Part shown: in pieces, positions 23,362 through 34,962 of the stretch
Position numbering within the stretch: position 1 is the stretch's first letter
Layout of the letters: each line of letters starts with the position of its first letter
Assembly (NCBI RefSeq): GCF_021869535.1
Contig: NW_026262734.1
Coordinates: forward strand, 40,152,487-40,192,502
Source of the DNA: Mytilus californianus
Taxonomy: Eukaryota
Direction of reading: 5' to 3'
DNA length: 40,016 nt
Notes under the pieces: model-generated
Told to the model about the DNA's origin: nothing
The model's database searches: none
Seen by the model: the letters and a program-made list of their open reading frames with translations, nothing else
Program-made: the position numbers and the translations under genes

Positions 23362-23469
23362 TTGAAGATCCATCGCTGTGTAAATATAGACTATGTTATT
23401 GGAAATGGAAAAGGACCACTGAGACCATATGATGCTAGAGACTCTTACCTAGATATTCGTGGACCTTGA
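23362..23469 (+). CDS. Plus-gene terminal exon E6: LKIHRCVNIDYVIGNGKGPLRPYDARDSYLDIRGP followed by a stop
   Basis: Acceptor ttttcttttttgcag|tt and stop TGA at 23467-23469. AATAAA motifs lie at 23667 and 23685. Confidence 0.55.
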   Translation: MKIHRCVNIDYVIGNGKGPLRPYDARDSYLDIRGP

Positions 23470-25241
23470 AAGTTACTTGACAACTAAATAACTTTGACAC
23501 TTTTTTCTGTAAATCTTTTTTGAAAATAACATATACGTTCCGCTGCTAGGTCGTTCCGAGAAAAAATAGCTAATCTTGATGAATTTTGAAATTCTATTTC
23601 ACAAGAACTGAATATGTTCCCCTTTTTAGACAAGACCATTTACCGCGTTGAACATCAGCCATATTAAATAAAAAAAGGATAGAGAATAAACGGGGAAATC
23701 TTCGAACTTGTTCGGTTTCTTTTTCACATTGGTATTGGTATATTCTATAATTACGAAAATTTCTTATACAGCAACAGCAGTCATTTGTCTCTTTGTTACG
23801 ATGTCGTCAGAATTTTTAACCATGCTCAATTACCGACCCAACTGACCAATTACAAGGGCAATGTAGGTGACCAATGAAAACATTGAAATAGACATACATA
23901 AAAAGGACGATGAGCACTAACCATCGGAGTATTGTAGGGTTCAATCACTCCTTTTATATTATTTTCGATTTCAGCTTTACTTTATGGTATGGTACCGAAC
24001 TTATTTTTAAATTAACGAATGAAAAATACATAATAAAACAACTGTGTGGAAGAAAATACAAAACAAAGAGTTAGATGTCATAATTAGTTTTATAACAATG
24101 TTTCGTGTGATTTCATGTATGAAAAGAATAAAATCCGTTTACATATAAATATATATCATTATGATCAAAATAATGTTTTGAACATATAATACTCAGTGCA
24201 TATCAATTGTGTTTTTGTAGAAAATAATAGTACAGCTTTGCATTGTTTATCATAATAACCAGTCAATAATTCATAGTTTCTGTTTTGAGAAGTTTAAACA
24301 TTTATTTCAATGTAATGAGTATCGTAAATTGAAAACAATAATACAATATCAATGCAATTATTTATATTTATCTGTAGCTGTTTATAATCGGGCTTTTAAT
24401 TCCGAATATATTCACTAGTGGTGAATACAGTGTAAATGAACTATTTACATTTATCAAAATAAAAAAAAAAAACATTTCACGACATATGAAAATAAATATT
24501 TTGAGTTAAAGGAAAAAAAAACCCAGTAATCTCAAACATGGTCACAATAAATTTGAAATTTATATTTATATCATATTATGCAAGTCTTTGACAAAAGACA
24601 TATATATTGTAAGTACATGTGTCCTACGAACTTAACAACAAACTTGTATTTACAAACAAAAAATATAGACAATATAAAGACAATATATATAATTATATTA
24701 CATGCTTTTGTTTTTGATCATCGAGAGTAAAAACAAACCGGACGCTTTCAGCATTATTTACTTGCAGATAAATGAAATCATCAATGCCAGTCTCCATATG
24801 ATTGAAGGAAAGTTGATCGGTAAGATCAGAAATGCGCTTTAAAATACGCTACCGGACCTTAAGCAAAATGGATGAGACATATATAGTTTCAGTCAGATTT
24901 TGGTGAATATAAAGTATTGCATCTTCAAATATTTCATCAACAATCTATTTAATAACATATCAAAAATGTACAGCACTTGGCCTTTATACAATATTTGTTA
25001 AGACGTTACACACGATTAAGTATTATTTGCATACAGATTATCTCTTGTTATTTTTAACATCACCAATAAAATTGTGTGATAAGTAAAATATTCTATACAA
25101 ACATATCATTTTATAGAGAAGTATAAAGGTTATTGCAACTAAGATATTTCTTTTTAACTTTTCATATATTCTCAATTGGAATCGATTATTTGCTTAAGGA
25201 GCGATAAAACCTTGTGAATAAAATGGTTGATTGACAGCTTT

Positions 25242-25301
25242 TTAAGTGAATAAGTAGTTCATACTGGCTGGAATGTTGTTGCATCCGTTGTAGACTGTCC
25301 A
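25242..25301 (-). CDS. Tentative terminal exon of the minus gene: WTVYNGCNNIPASMNYLFT followed by a stop
   Basis: Strong acceptor ttatttttcag|tgg in the required phase 0. It shows only weak similarity to plus-gene E6 (CVNID versus GCNNI). Confidence 0.25.
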   Translation of the reverse strand, partial: WTVYNGCNNIPASMNYLFT

Positions 25302-26457
25302 CTGAAAAATAAACAGAAGTAATTATTGAACATGTAGTAATGAATTAAACAATTTCTAGATATCTTCCAAAATATCAAAAAATAGGATTGACAAAAATAC
25401 TACTTGAATGACTTAAGACGAAAAAAATGGAGTTTGATACAGTAACATGAAAAGTTTTGTGAGGGTTTTTTTTATAGAGAAAATCGCAAAGATACCCATC
25501 CCAACGTGAAACTTTTGTTCTTCATGATATTAGATTAAAATCAAGGACAAACACGAAAAATACCTCACAAAGAAGTTTTGTCATTTAATTGTGAAATTTA
25601 AATTCCACGGAAATAAACCACTTAAAACGACGGTTGTCATATTTGTACCAGAATCTGCCTACCCTTTTACAGTAGCTAAGATCACCCCGGTTGTTTGGGT
25701 GCGTGTTGCGCATTCCTCAGTTTTCTTAGTAAAGGCTTATGGTCAATAGACTGTTGATTTGACCGATTTGAATGCCCATTATCCCACCGACTGATTTTTG
25801 CAATCAACAACGGGTTTATGTTAGTTTAAGTTGTATAATGAAAGTATATAAACCTTCAAGCTAATGGTAATAGAAAGAACAGCAATTAACTGCCTCAATG
25901 GAAACATTTAAGTAAATTTATAATGAATACCCTATTGTTTACACAAGACGCATTAGTGTTTCAAAATAGTCAAACGGCCAAATCAGGTAAGAGTTGAAAA
26001 GCATTCACGGCCAAACAGTCTTTTGAAAGTTAGGTTGATTTTCTAGGCACTTTATACATATTCTAACGCCTGGTATTTCTTAATCATAAGAAATCCGATG
26101 GACAAGGTTTAATTTGCAGTTGTCACTACACATAGGCAGACATATACATATATTAATTTACAGTGATTGTATGCTTCTAAAAATAGATAAGCATCCTGTA
26201 ATTATACTGAAGAGATGAGTAGATGATCATTTCTGTATACTAGAAGAATACTTCGTGTATTGTATCAGATATCCTTGTTTAATTCCTACGAGAAATTAAC
26301 ACCTCCCGAAACGAAAGCTGATTTTTATCAGCTATAGTTAGAGGAGGGGATAAGGTGTCTGCGCAATGCTAGGTGGTGTTGTCGTAGAAGTTAGAAATAA
26401 TAAGTATAGGTCCAGCCCCGCTCGGGGAGGAAGTAAAGAAACAGATCTACTCTAACA

Positions 26458-26486
26458 TCGTTAGGTTGATTTTCTAGGCACTTTAC

Positions 26487-26517
<31 letters not shown>

Positions 26518-26665
26518 AGTGTAAATTGAAAACAACGTTCAAACCTATGATTGCGTTGGTTAAAAACCGCATTTTTTATACGTGTGCATGTAAAACAAAT
26601 TTCTTGGTAGAGGGGTCTGAATACAGCATAAACAACATTTTCCAAAAGACCAAAAGAGTGAAAAA
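26458..26665 (+). repeat. Duplicated ~200-bp segment (partner at 27040-27195) containing an (AT)13 microsatellite at 26487-26512
   Basis: gtaaattgaaaacaacgttcaaacctatgattgcgttgg...catgtaaaacaaatttcttggtagaggggtct... repeats. gttaggttgattttctaggcacttta also recurs at 26020. Confidence 0.7.
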
Positions 26666-27039
26666 GTATATTTTAACAAAACGCATTTGACTAACAGGTC
26701 GAACAACGGATGTTTCCTGCTGACTACCATTGGCGATTGCCAAATAAATTGATCAGCAGATTTAACAAAATGGATCGTAATATTAATTTAATACCAAATA
26801 GAAAACAATTAACTTGCAGAAAGATGGTATTCCACAAACTTGAGGTGCAAAAATTTGTACACCATATTCGGATTTCGACAATTAATGTCTCTTCAGTGAT
26901 GTTAGGGATCGAAACGGTATTTGGAAGGCCATATAATTTACCTCAATTTAGGATAGACTCTTGAATTTTAAAGAGTCGAAATAGGATGAACGGATCATAT
27001 AAACCATAAGGAAATTTTAATACAAGCCCAAACGAAAAA

Positions 27040-27195
27040 ATATAAACAAGTCTAAATTGAAAACCACGTTCAAACCTATGATTGCGTTGGATAAAAACCG
27101 CAATTTTTATACGTGTGCATGTAAAACAAATTTCTTGGTAGAGGGGTCTAAATACAGCACAAAACATTTTCCAAAAGACCAAAAGAGTGAAAAAT
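27040..27195 (+). repeat. Second copy of the 26458-26665 duplicated segment
   Basis: About 92% identical over 150 bp. Confidence 0.7.
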
Positions 27196-27596
27196 ATATA
27201 CATATATGCATGCCCAACATTAGGAATGAATGGTTTTCCTGGTTTCAGTCACTCGTATTTGTTCTTCGTTTAATCGGTAATTTTTCTGTAAATTTATTGA
27301 TTATAAAACCATTCGAAACACAACCCGTAGAATGTATTGACACAACAAAATGTGGCATAACTTTTAGAAATTGTTTACTTATCAAAGCACTTCAACATCG
27401 TTATTGATTTGACCTACGATTCGAGTACCGCTAGTGAGTATTATTTAGAAACATGCAACGGGGAATAATTTATATACCTGGTATCTTTGATGAGTTTATA
27501 CCATGTTATCTATCAAGAAAGGTTGTTTCTCTTCTGTATATACCAATCCATTATAACATTCACATAATAGATGTATACAAAAATAAATTTACTTAC

Positions 27597-27685
27597 GTCA
27601 TAAATATCGCCTACAAATGGTCCATTTCCATCAAAGGGTTGTCCAACATTTAATGCCCCATTACATGCAAGGAAATCTTTTGGCG
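27597..27685 (-). CDS. Minus-gene LamG exon (phase 1-0): (A)PKDFLACNGALNVGQPFDGNGPFVGDIYD
   Basis: Acceptor ttttctaatag|cg and donor tatgac|gtaagtaaa. It is homologous to plus E5, which carries GGFEIGMCNRRGYVGYIDD. Confidence 0.6.
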
Positions 27686-28533
27686 CTATTAGAAAATTAA
27701 TCATGCATTAGTTAGTGTATTGTTTAGATAAAAATTATTAAAACGTTACCGTAGACGTATCTAAATGCTATATTTAGGTCCAGTTGTCTTTTTTTTACCT
27801 TTTCAATATCACTTGTTTAAAGTCATTCAATTAAATAAGCTTTATTAAATTAAGGCCGTGTATGTTAGTATCACCACAGTTTCGCTTTGCAAATATGTCA
27901 TTAACTTATATAAAAGACAAGAATAAACCACGAGTAAATAAAGTTTGACACGAATGCGATATACAAGCCAATTACAACCCAATACGCACAAAACAAAAAT
28001 AACCTTCCAAAATGCTTGACATTGTTTTGTTATATTTATTATTTTTACATTGAATTGTATACAAGTCTTAATAGTCTATTGGTCTTCGTCGGTCTATTTT
28101 AAAATTGTATTCTGGAATTCATTTTTTTTAATTTTTCAGTTATGTTCTTTGTTGTTTCCTTTTCGGATATATCAGTTCTTCAAAGTTTGTATAAGCTTTC
28201 GGTATAAGCTTTTGGATTTTCAAAATATTTTGGTTTCACGCATCACTGAAGTGACTTAATTATGGAAAAGCTTATATGATGCAGTCATTTGGTAGCATTA
28301 ATCTTATTTGAGTATGACATGTTTATATACAGTTGCTACAATATCCATATAAACTCGTTTATCCAAAGAAGCGCTTCGGACGCATGAAATTATTAAACGT
28401 GTTGTTTTCATTTTTTACACGTCTGAAGCAGCCATCACGTAAGACTAACACTTAAATAATTTGTCTTATTTATAGGAAACATTGTGAAAATTCTTGACTT
28501 AGTTATAAAGGTATAAATGTCATTCAATCTTAC

Positions 28534-28648
28534 CATTATCGAAAGCTACTTGTTGAAGATCGGTTTCTCCTGCACTTAATGCCACTTCAACCACCACTTT
28601 ATTTTTGTTGAAACCAATTGTTATAGTTACAACTTTGTTGTCATAAAG
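28534..28648 (-). CDS. Minus-gene LamG exon (phase 0-1): LYDNKVVTITIGFNKNKVVVEVALSAGETDLQQVAFDN
   Basis: Acceptor tttcatttacag|ct and donor gataatg|gtaagattg. It is homologous to the C-terminal part of plus E3 (HLGAVEIALAPRNKEVIFRADT). Confidence 0.65.
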
Positions 28649-28984
28649 CTGTAAATGAAACACAAGGAACATGTATAAGGTAGTTAAAATGAAATATTTT
28701 GTATAGAATGATAAGTAATTAAGTAATAGTAGTATCAAAAAGGCATTTCATGTTAACTTCAAGTAAAAAGGGACACATGTGAGACTGAACAAATTGTAAA
28801 CTTTACAGACATAATAAATCAAAATAGGTTATTAACATTTTGTATATAAGAAGAGATAAAAAAAGACTAAAAAATAATTTTTCACAACGCATTCCTGTTA
28901 AGTCATTTTGGGGCCCTTTATAGCTTGCTGTTCGGTGTGAGCCAAGGCTCCGTGTTGAAGGCCGTACTTTGTCCTATAATTGAT

Positions 28985-29050
28985 AACTTTTAACACATTG
29001 TGACTTGGATGGTGTGTTGTCTCATTGGCCCTCATACCACATCTTCTTAT
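28985..29050 (+). repeat. Interspersed family B copy
   Basis: acacattgtgacttggatggtgtgttgtctcattggccctcataccacatcttcttatttt. Confidence 0.55.
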
Positions 29051-30151
29051 TTTGCAACTGCACATTAAAATCAAATAAAACATTGTGTCATAGAAATAAG
29101 ATTAAAAGAAATGTAATGTACATGTAAACGTCACTGAAATGGCAAACAAATATTATCCAGAGACAATATACTATTTTTCAGGAAAACAAAATAGAATAGA
29201 TTAACCAGTAAAAATCACTTTGGTGAAATTTTAACTATAAATATGAATCAAAATAACCGTAAACAGAATTTGTAACGAACGAAATACTAAGCTTTACCAG
29301 CATATATAATAATTTGAAGGTTTTTCAAATAGTACGTTTTGATTTTCAAAGCTTTTGATGATTGCATAACTAACAAGGTATGCAAGATAGCCCTATCCAT
29401 TAAAAAAAATAAAATAAGCAAATATTTCTTAAGGAATACTTCGAACATAGTATGATATATAAACGTTTAAAAAGTTATAGATTTTGTGTAGTTTGATCTA
29501 TCTGAGAGGAAGGTGATAGAATTAAGCTGTTACATGACTGATTTAGAACACAGATCGTGCAATGAGAAAACACTAAATTAATACCAAATCAAATCCAAAT
29601 ATCAAGATTCACATTTAAATGAATCTTGCAAGATTTAATTCACATATCACTCTACCGGACGCCATTATTGGTCATTCTATCTGGTTTCTTCTATTCATAG
29701 AAAATGAAGAAAAAAATGCCACAATCCAGAAAATTATATCAGGATTGGCATAAGCTCAAAACTAGAATTGTAGAGAGGTGAATTATATCCTGCTTTGCAA
29801 GGACCACCCTTGATGTGACAAATGTAACATTTATGTAAACGGGTTTTAAAAGACGATGACAGTATTTAACTCAATTCACCTTCTGTCTTTTTACTAACAC
29901 ATTTCTAATCCCTGTTTTCCATCTACACAAAAAGCAATATTTTATTGTTGATGACAATATTGATAACCGTTCCATTAAAAAAACATGCTAAAATATTCAT
30001 ATTGACAACAACTTTTATCAACATTGTTAGTGTTGATTATTGTTTCCAAATTTCATCTTAATTCGCTATTTATAACATTAACATAAACAATAATATTTAT
30101 AAGTTTTGTTCTAATTCTTAGTAACTATTTGAAAGATAAAATCATACTTAC

Positions 30152-30510
30152 ATCATACTTATCATTGCTGACTGTTATTTCCCTGAAATCACTTATCATC
30201 ACTTTTGTTATCAGTTTATTGTTGGTGTTATATCTTTCTGCGTACATTTCAATAGATGATCTTGGGTTTCCTGAACAACTTTTCAATAAAGAAATGCGCC
30301 CAAAACCTGCTGTTCCTGTAGGATCCATTCGCAGTTTTAGTTTGGCAATAAAAGTTGGCAATATATTGTTGTTTAGTTGTGGATTTGCAATAAATGAGAG
30401 TCCACCGAAGAAACCTTTACCGTTCTCCAATATGACATTGTCTTGTCCTTGAAGTTGTGTGTTGTTGCTTAATATTTTTGAGAAGTCTAGATGAATGCTT
30501 GGAGGACATT
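30152..30510 (-). CDS. Minus-gene exon (phase 1-0), the start of the LamG-like domain: CPPSIHLDFSKILSNNTQLQGQDNVILENGKGFFGGLSFIANPQLNNNILPTFIAKLKLRMDPTGTAGFGRISLLKSCSGNPRSSIEMYAERYNTNNKLITKVMISDFREITVSNDKYD
   Basis: Acceptor tttttaag|aa and donor tatgat|gtaagtatg. The 119-codon frame is open and aligns with the N-terminal part of plus E3 (CRPEINLDYDSK...DNGG...). Confidence 0.65.
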
Positions 30511-31199
30511 CTTAAAAATAAATACAGATTATGTAAGAATTGACAAAATTTTAATCCTGGTATCTATGATGGGTTTATTTGAAGACATTGTATCATTCGA
30601 AAAGTTTTAAGAAATATTATATAAAATGAAGGAACGCTACATACCATTTTTTTCTTATTTCGTTTTTTCAAAATTTAAATCACTGAAATGTGACAATATT
30701 CTAATAACAAATTAATAGATATAGTTAACGTCGAATAAGAAAAAAAGATCTCTGCAAAGTTCTGACTTTATCATGCGGTTCACACCTACACCATTGAATT
30801 TAAATGGTATAACTATTGCGAATGACACGATCATTGTATTATGGGTATTTCGAAAAAAAAAATATGAAATAAACCCTTTAAGCACAACAAGTTGAACTGT
30901 GATCTATGACTAACACATTTTACCCCGCTGTAAGTATTCGATAAACAGAAAAACGACGGAATGCATCACACAGTATAAAATTGAGAATGGAAATGGGGAA
31001 ATATGTCAAAGAGACAACAACCCGGCCAAAGAGCAGATAACAGCCGAAGGCCACCAATGGGCCTTCAACGCAGCGAGAAAATCACGCACCTGGAGGTGGT
31101 CCTCAGCTGGCCCCTAAATAAAAATGTGTACTAGTTCAGTGAAAATGGACATCATACTGAACTCCAAAACATATAAATGATCTAAAATTAAAAAAAAAC

Positions 31200-31300
31200 A
31201 TACAAGACTAACAAAGGACAGATGCTCCTGACTTGGGACAGGCGCAAAAATGCGGAGGGGTTAAACATGTTTTGTGAGATCTCAACACTCCCCCTATACA
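31200..31300 (+). repeat. Degenerate family A-like fragment (gctcctgacttgggacaggcgcaaaaatgcggaggggttaaacatg)
   Basis: Motif-level resemblance to the family A head and core. Confidence 0.3.
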
Positions 31301-31620
31301 TCTAGCCAATGTAGAATAAAGAAACACACAGCGATACATACAGTAAAATTCAGTTCAAAAGAAGTCCGAGTCCGATGTCAGAATAGGTAACAAAAGAAAC
31401 AAAGCAAAATGACAATGATACATACATTAACAAAGGACTACTAGCAGTTACCGACATGCCAGCTCCAGACCTCAATTAAACTGATTGAAAGATAATGTCT
31501 TCATCATATGAAAATCAAGTACAATCCCTCTCGCTAGGGGTTTAGTATCATACCATCATAAATTATATGAGAAGAACATAACCCGTATCATGCCAACAAC
31601 TGGTTTTAGAATAAATATGT

Positions 31621-32329
31621 TTATTTCCGATGCAAAGACCCTATGAGTGAATCATCATTAATACCAAAATATGCAATTCTTAATGACTTGACAACAGTAT
31701 CGTAACTATATCCCTTCCGAATAAGTCTGTTTAAAGGTTTGGTTAGCTTTTGAGGTGAATACCGACAATTTTGTGCTTTGTAAAGAATATTACCATAAAA
31801 GATTGGATGTGAAATACCTGAACGTATAAGACGTCTGCATGTTAATTTATATTTAGGAATGATGTCCTTGTACCGATGATAAAATTTAGTAAATGTTTTG
31901 ACTAGTTTGTGATATCGAAAACCCTGGTGTAATAATTTTTCAGTAATACAGAGATTTCTTTCGTTAAAAATCAAATATGTTGTTACATACACAAGCATAT
32001 CGAACAAGTTGCGATATATAAACACCATAAGATGGTGACAAGGGAACGTCACCATCTAAAAAAGGATAATTAACAATAGGAAATGAAAAATCATCTCTTT
32101 TGTCATACATTTTGGTATTAAGCTTCCCATTAAAGATATAGATATCAAGATCCAGGAAAGAGCAGTGTTCATTGTTAGTATTAGCTTTATTTAAGGTCAG
32201 TTCGGCAGGATAAATCTCTTTAGCATGCTGACATGAAAGTTGATTCAAAATTTCAGAAATCCTTGATTTGTGGTTTTTAAATGTGCGACGAAATTTATCT
32301 TGACTATTCACAATAAAACGTGATACCAA
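31621..32329 (-). mobile_element. Frameshifted remnant of a TE-type ORF. It lies in the minus-gene intron between the 32474-32650 and 30152-30510 exons, in the sense orientation.
   Basis: Two overlapping frames encode ...CSFLDLDIYIFNGKLNTKMYDKRDDFSFPIVNYPFLDGDVPLSPSYGVYISQLVRYA... and ...NERNLCITEKLLHQGFRYHKLVKTFTKFYHRYKDIIPKYK...IFYGNILYKAQN... I recognise this conserved block as a multi-copy ORF family from marine-invertebrate genomes. It has no splice-consistent link to flanking exons. The exact superfamily was not assigned. Confidence 0.45.
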
Positions 32330-32473
32330 CTTTCAGGGAGCTCTCATTTTTAACCATAATATATCATAACACTGAAAGATGAAAGAAAAATAAAATAACG
32401 GAGCTAGGTTTCAAAGTTTGCTAATAAGTGTTATATTGTAATTGCGTAGCCTTTGCCATAGGGTGATATTTAC

Positions 32474-32650
32474 CTCCATTACTTGTTGGTTGAACTGTGG
32501 ATGTGACAGTAGGAGCTGTTGGGAACGCTCCCCAACCACAGTTGCATATCTCCGGTTTGAATATTTGGCCCATTGGACATATTTGTTCTTTTCCGTCCTC
32601 CATATATGTATTAATCGCAATAGTCTTAAATTTGCGACATCTTACTAGTT
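32474..32650 (-). CDS. Minus-gene exon (phase 1-1), a cysteine module: LVRCRKFKTIAINTYMEDGKEQICPMGQIFKPEICNCGWGAFPTAPTVTSTVQPTSNG
   Basis: Acceptor tcttatattccag|aa and donor aatggag|gtaaatat. It is homologous to plus E2. Confidence 0.65.
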
Positions 32651-32958
32651 CTGGAATATAAGATTACCATGTTAAAAATATCTAAAATTGATTAGAATAA
32701 ATGTCATTAAATTCAAAATTTGTCGATTTATCACGCTGCAATAAGATACGATAGATTTCTTAAAAACTTTCCGAAAAAGAGTTGAACTTTGACATTCGTA
32801 GTACGAATTTATGCATTGTTGTGAAATGCAGCATTTTTAAAAGTTGTTCAAAGTAATCCGATTTATGATGACGATAATTTAATACAAAAAGATGTATGCT
32901 TATTGTCTCGTAGTATATTTTTGGTTTATACCACATTTACATATATATGTGTTCTTAC

Positions 32959-33198
32959 TTGGTGTAGTCCTACTTGTGTCGACGATACTACATTCATTAG
33001 ATGTATCTAGGATACAGTGATCATGATTAGTAGTTCCACTAATGGCCGTGTCATACTTCATCTTGTGTTCACACTGACATGCTTGTCTAGTGTGAATCAT
33101 CATTCCATCTGTAGTGTGTAGGCACTTATAATACAAATTACAACTGTTTGGTACTGGATACGTTGTACCATTTGTCCATTTGTTTATGACACAAGGAT
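32959..33198 (-). CDS. Minus-gene exon (phase 1-1), the second peritrophin-A-like chitin-binding module: PCVINKWTNGTTYPVPNSCNLYYKCLHTTDGMMIHTRQACQCEHKMKYDTAISGTTNHDHCILDTSNECSIVDTSRTTP
   Basis: Acceptor ctttgtactccag|at and donor ccaa|gtaagaac. The first Cys is supplied by the preceding exon (ICKQ-D-PC). Confidence 0.6.
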
Positions 33199-33505
33199 CT
33201 GGAGTACAAAGCGTGAAGTGGCATTTAGAAAATATATATTTTGGTTTTATTCACACATACCATATTTTTCAATTAAAACTTATTCAGTGATTGGAAATAA
33301 ACAATGATACATACAAGGGATACTGGTTAAGCAGTTCATACATAGAACAAGTGTCAGGCAGCATAGTGCATGCCTGGTCACGCTTAGTAGGAGAGAAATG
33401 ATTTGGTTAAATACTCAGTTCAACATGTTCGATACATAATTTTGTCTATTTTCCTAAGAGAGAACTAATAATGACTGATCTTTGTAATTGAGGCGTATTT
33501 CCTAC

Positions 33506-33727
33506 CTTGTTTGCAAATGAATTCGTCAAGATGATCACATTTGGATGTTTCTGGATTGAAAAAGTAATGTAGCCCACATTCTCGAATACTGTACTGCACG
33601 AACTGGGTAGCACCAGCATTTCTGATACAGTCCAAATAAAACTTGCAATCTGTTGGGTGTGGAATGTAGCACCGCAAAGCATTTGGGTCGCATCTGGTAA
33701 TGCATTCAGTAGCAAATTCAGGTGTAG
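33506..33727 (-). CDS. Minus-gene exon (phase 1-1), a chitin-binding type-2 (peritrophin-A, CBM14) domain: TPEFATECITRCDPNALRCYIPHPTDCKFYLDCIRNAGATQFVQYSIRECGLHYFFNPETSKCDHLDEFICKQ
   Basis: Acceptor tttatactaacag|ct and donor aacaag|gtaggaaa. The classic six-Cys spacing is present, with aromatic residues Y, F and GLHYF. Confidence 0.75.
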
Positions 33728-34962
33728 CTGTTAGTATAAAATATTTTATCATATTCATTAAGTTTCAATATCACTTCTCCTCATATCTAACCTATCTAAT
33801 GAATCGTTACCGACAAAAAATGTACGATATTTAAGCACAATATAATCTAACTATTTTTCAAATGTGTGGCATTTATAAAGTACACGATACTATGTTTGCC
33901 TGTATTGTTCATGACTTCTGTATCATTTCAAAGTTCATAGGGATAGGCACATGCATTTGTGGTGGGCTTAAAAAACTTTGTTTATATCAATATTCGTCAC
34001 CTTTAAATCTCGCTCCGTGGACTAATAAAAGATAAATGAAAGAAAGAACTTGCAATAAGCATAAGCACAGGGAAAGCTAATAACTCTAAAATAACGATGT
34101 CAGACATGATATAAACACCAATTACAAACACCACAAAAATTAAACAAAAAATGACATCCTTTCAAGAGAAAGCTCAAAGCACATTTTCTTCTAATCTGCA
34201 TTCATGCAATTCTTCAGTTTTGGATCACTGGATGTAATTCATATGACATTTCATACCGCAACAAAATAAACTTTACAGAAGACATGATATCATGCAATGA
34301 TCATAATTCCTGCAATTGGAATCTTATTTTCACTATGAAAATGTATATTAATGATTATTTTCCTCATTGAAAAAAGTATTTAGAAGTGAAAACGGTTGTT
34401 GGATCATTTATTCATATTTTTACACAGACGTGAAATCTGTAGTCGGAACGCAACTTAAATAAATCCGTATCTGAATGAATAAGGAATATAAAGCTGTTAC
34501 AATTTTAACGGATTCCTCTTGTTGAAATATCTGCAAATAAACGTGGAATAAACCAGCGAAAGAAGAAGTGTTGGTCACTGAGTTTATTGCAAATGCCCAA
34601 TGATACTCCTAAGTAAGAGGAATTACTCTTACTAATTTCCGTTTTAAAAACGAACAACGCCTGATATATTGACACAACAGATGTTTAACGGTCAGCTGCA
34701 CGAATGTATAAGATTTGAATATCGGTAACTTACTGTCATCTTAATTTAAGACTTATTTAAAAAACCTAACTACACAGTTCTGTTCTCTCTGATCTCTTCA
34801 AGGTAAAAAAAGTATTCGAAATGTTTTATACATACTGTAACATCAAGTATTTGCCAAAAACTCTTTATGTTACTTCCTCTATAAAAACTAAATAAATAAA
34901 TCTCAGTCTTAGTAACAGATCATAAGTGTGCGTTGATAAGACAACAAATGAATGGTACTTAC

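Noticed and set aside
23362-23433. Alternative frame for the plus terminal exon (IEDPSLCKYRLCYWKWKRTTETI*), obtained with the GT donor at 21051
   Set aside because: It is less protein-like and lacks similarity to the paralog. The GCAAGT donor gives the coherent frame. This remains the main alternative if the GC donor is wrong.
26943-27407. ORFs 26943-27203 (minus) and 27057-27407 (plus) as candidate terminal LamG exon or gene
   Set aside because: They fall on the duplicated 26458/27040 repeat segment, have no similarity to the paralog's last exon, and have no phase-compatible acceptor.
30129-30452. 107-aa plus-strand ORF
   Set aside because: It is the antisense of the minus-gene LamG exon 30152-30510.
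31621-32329. Treating the 144-aa and 121-aa minus ORFs as exons of the Pif-like gene
   Set aside because: They overlap in different frames and have no phase-compatible splice sites. Their sequence matches a repeated TE-type ORF rather than an extracellular domain.
32603-32650. Starting the Cys-module exon at the ATG of ORF 32421-32603
   Set aside because: The frame stays open upstream to a good acceptor (ttccag|aa at 32650). The phase then matches the preceding exon, so the ATG is internal.
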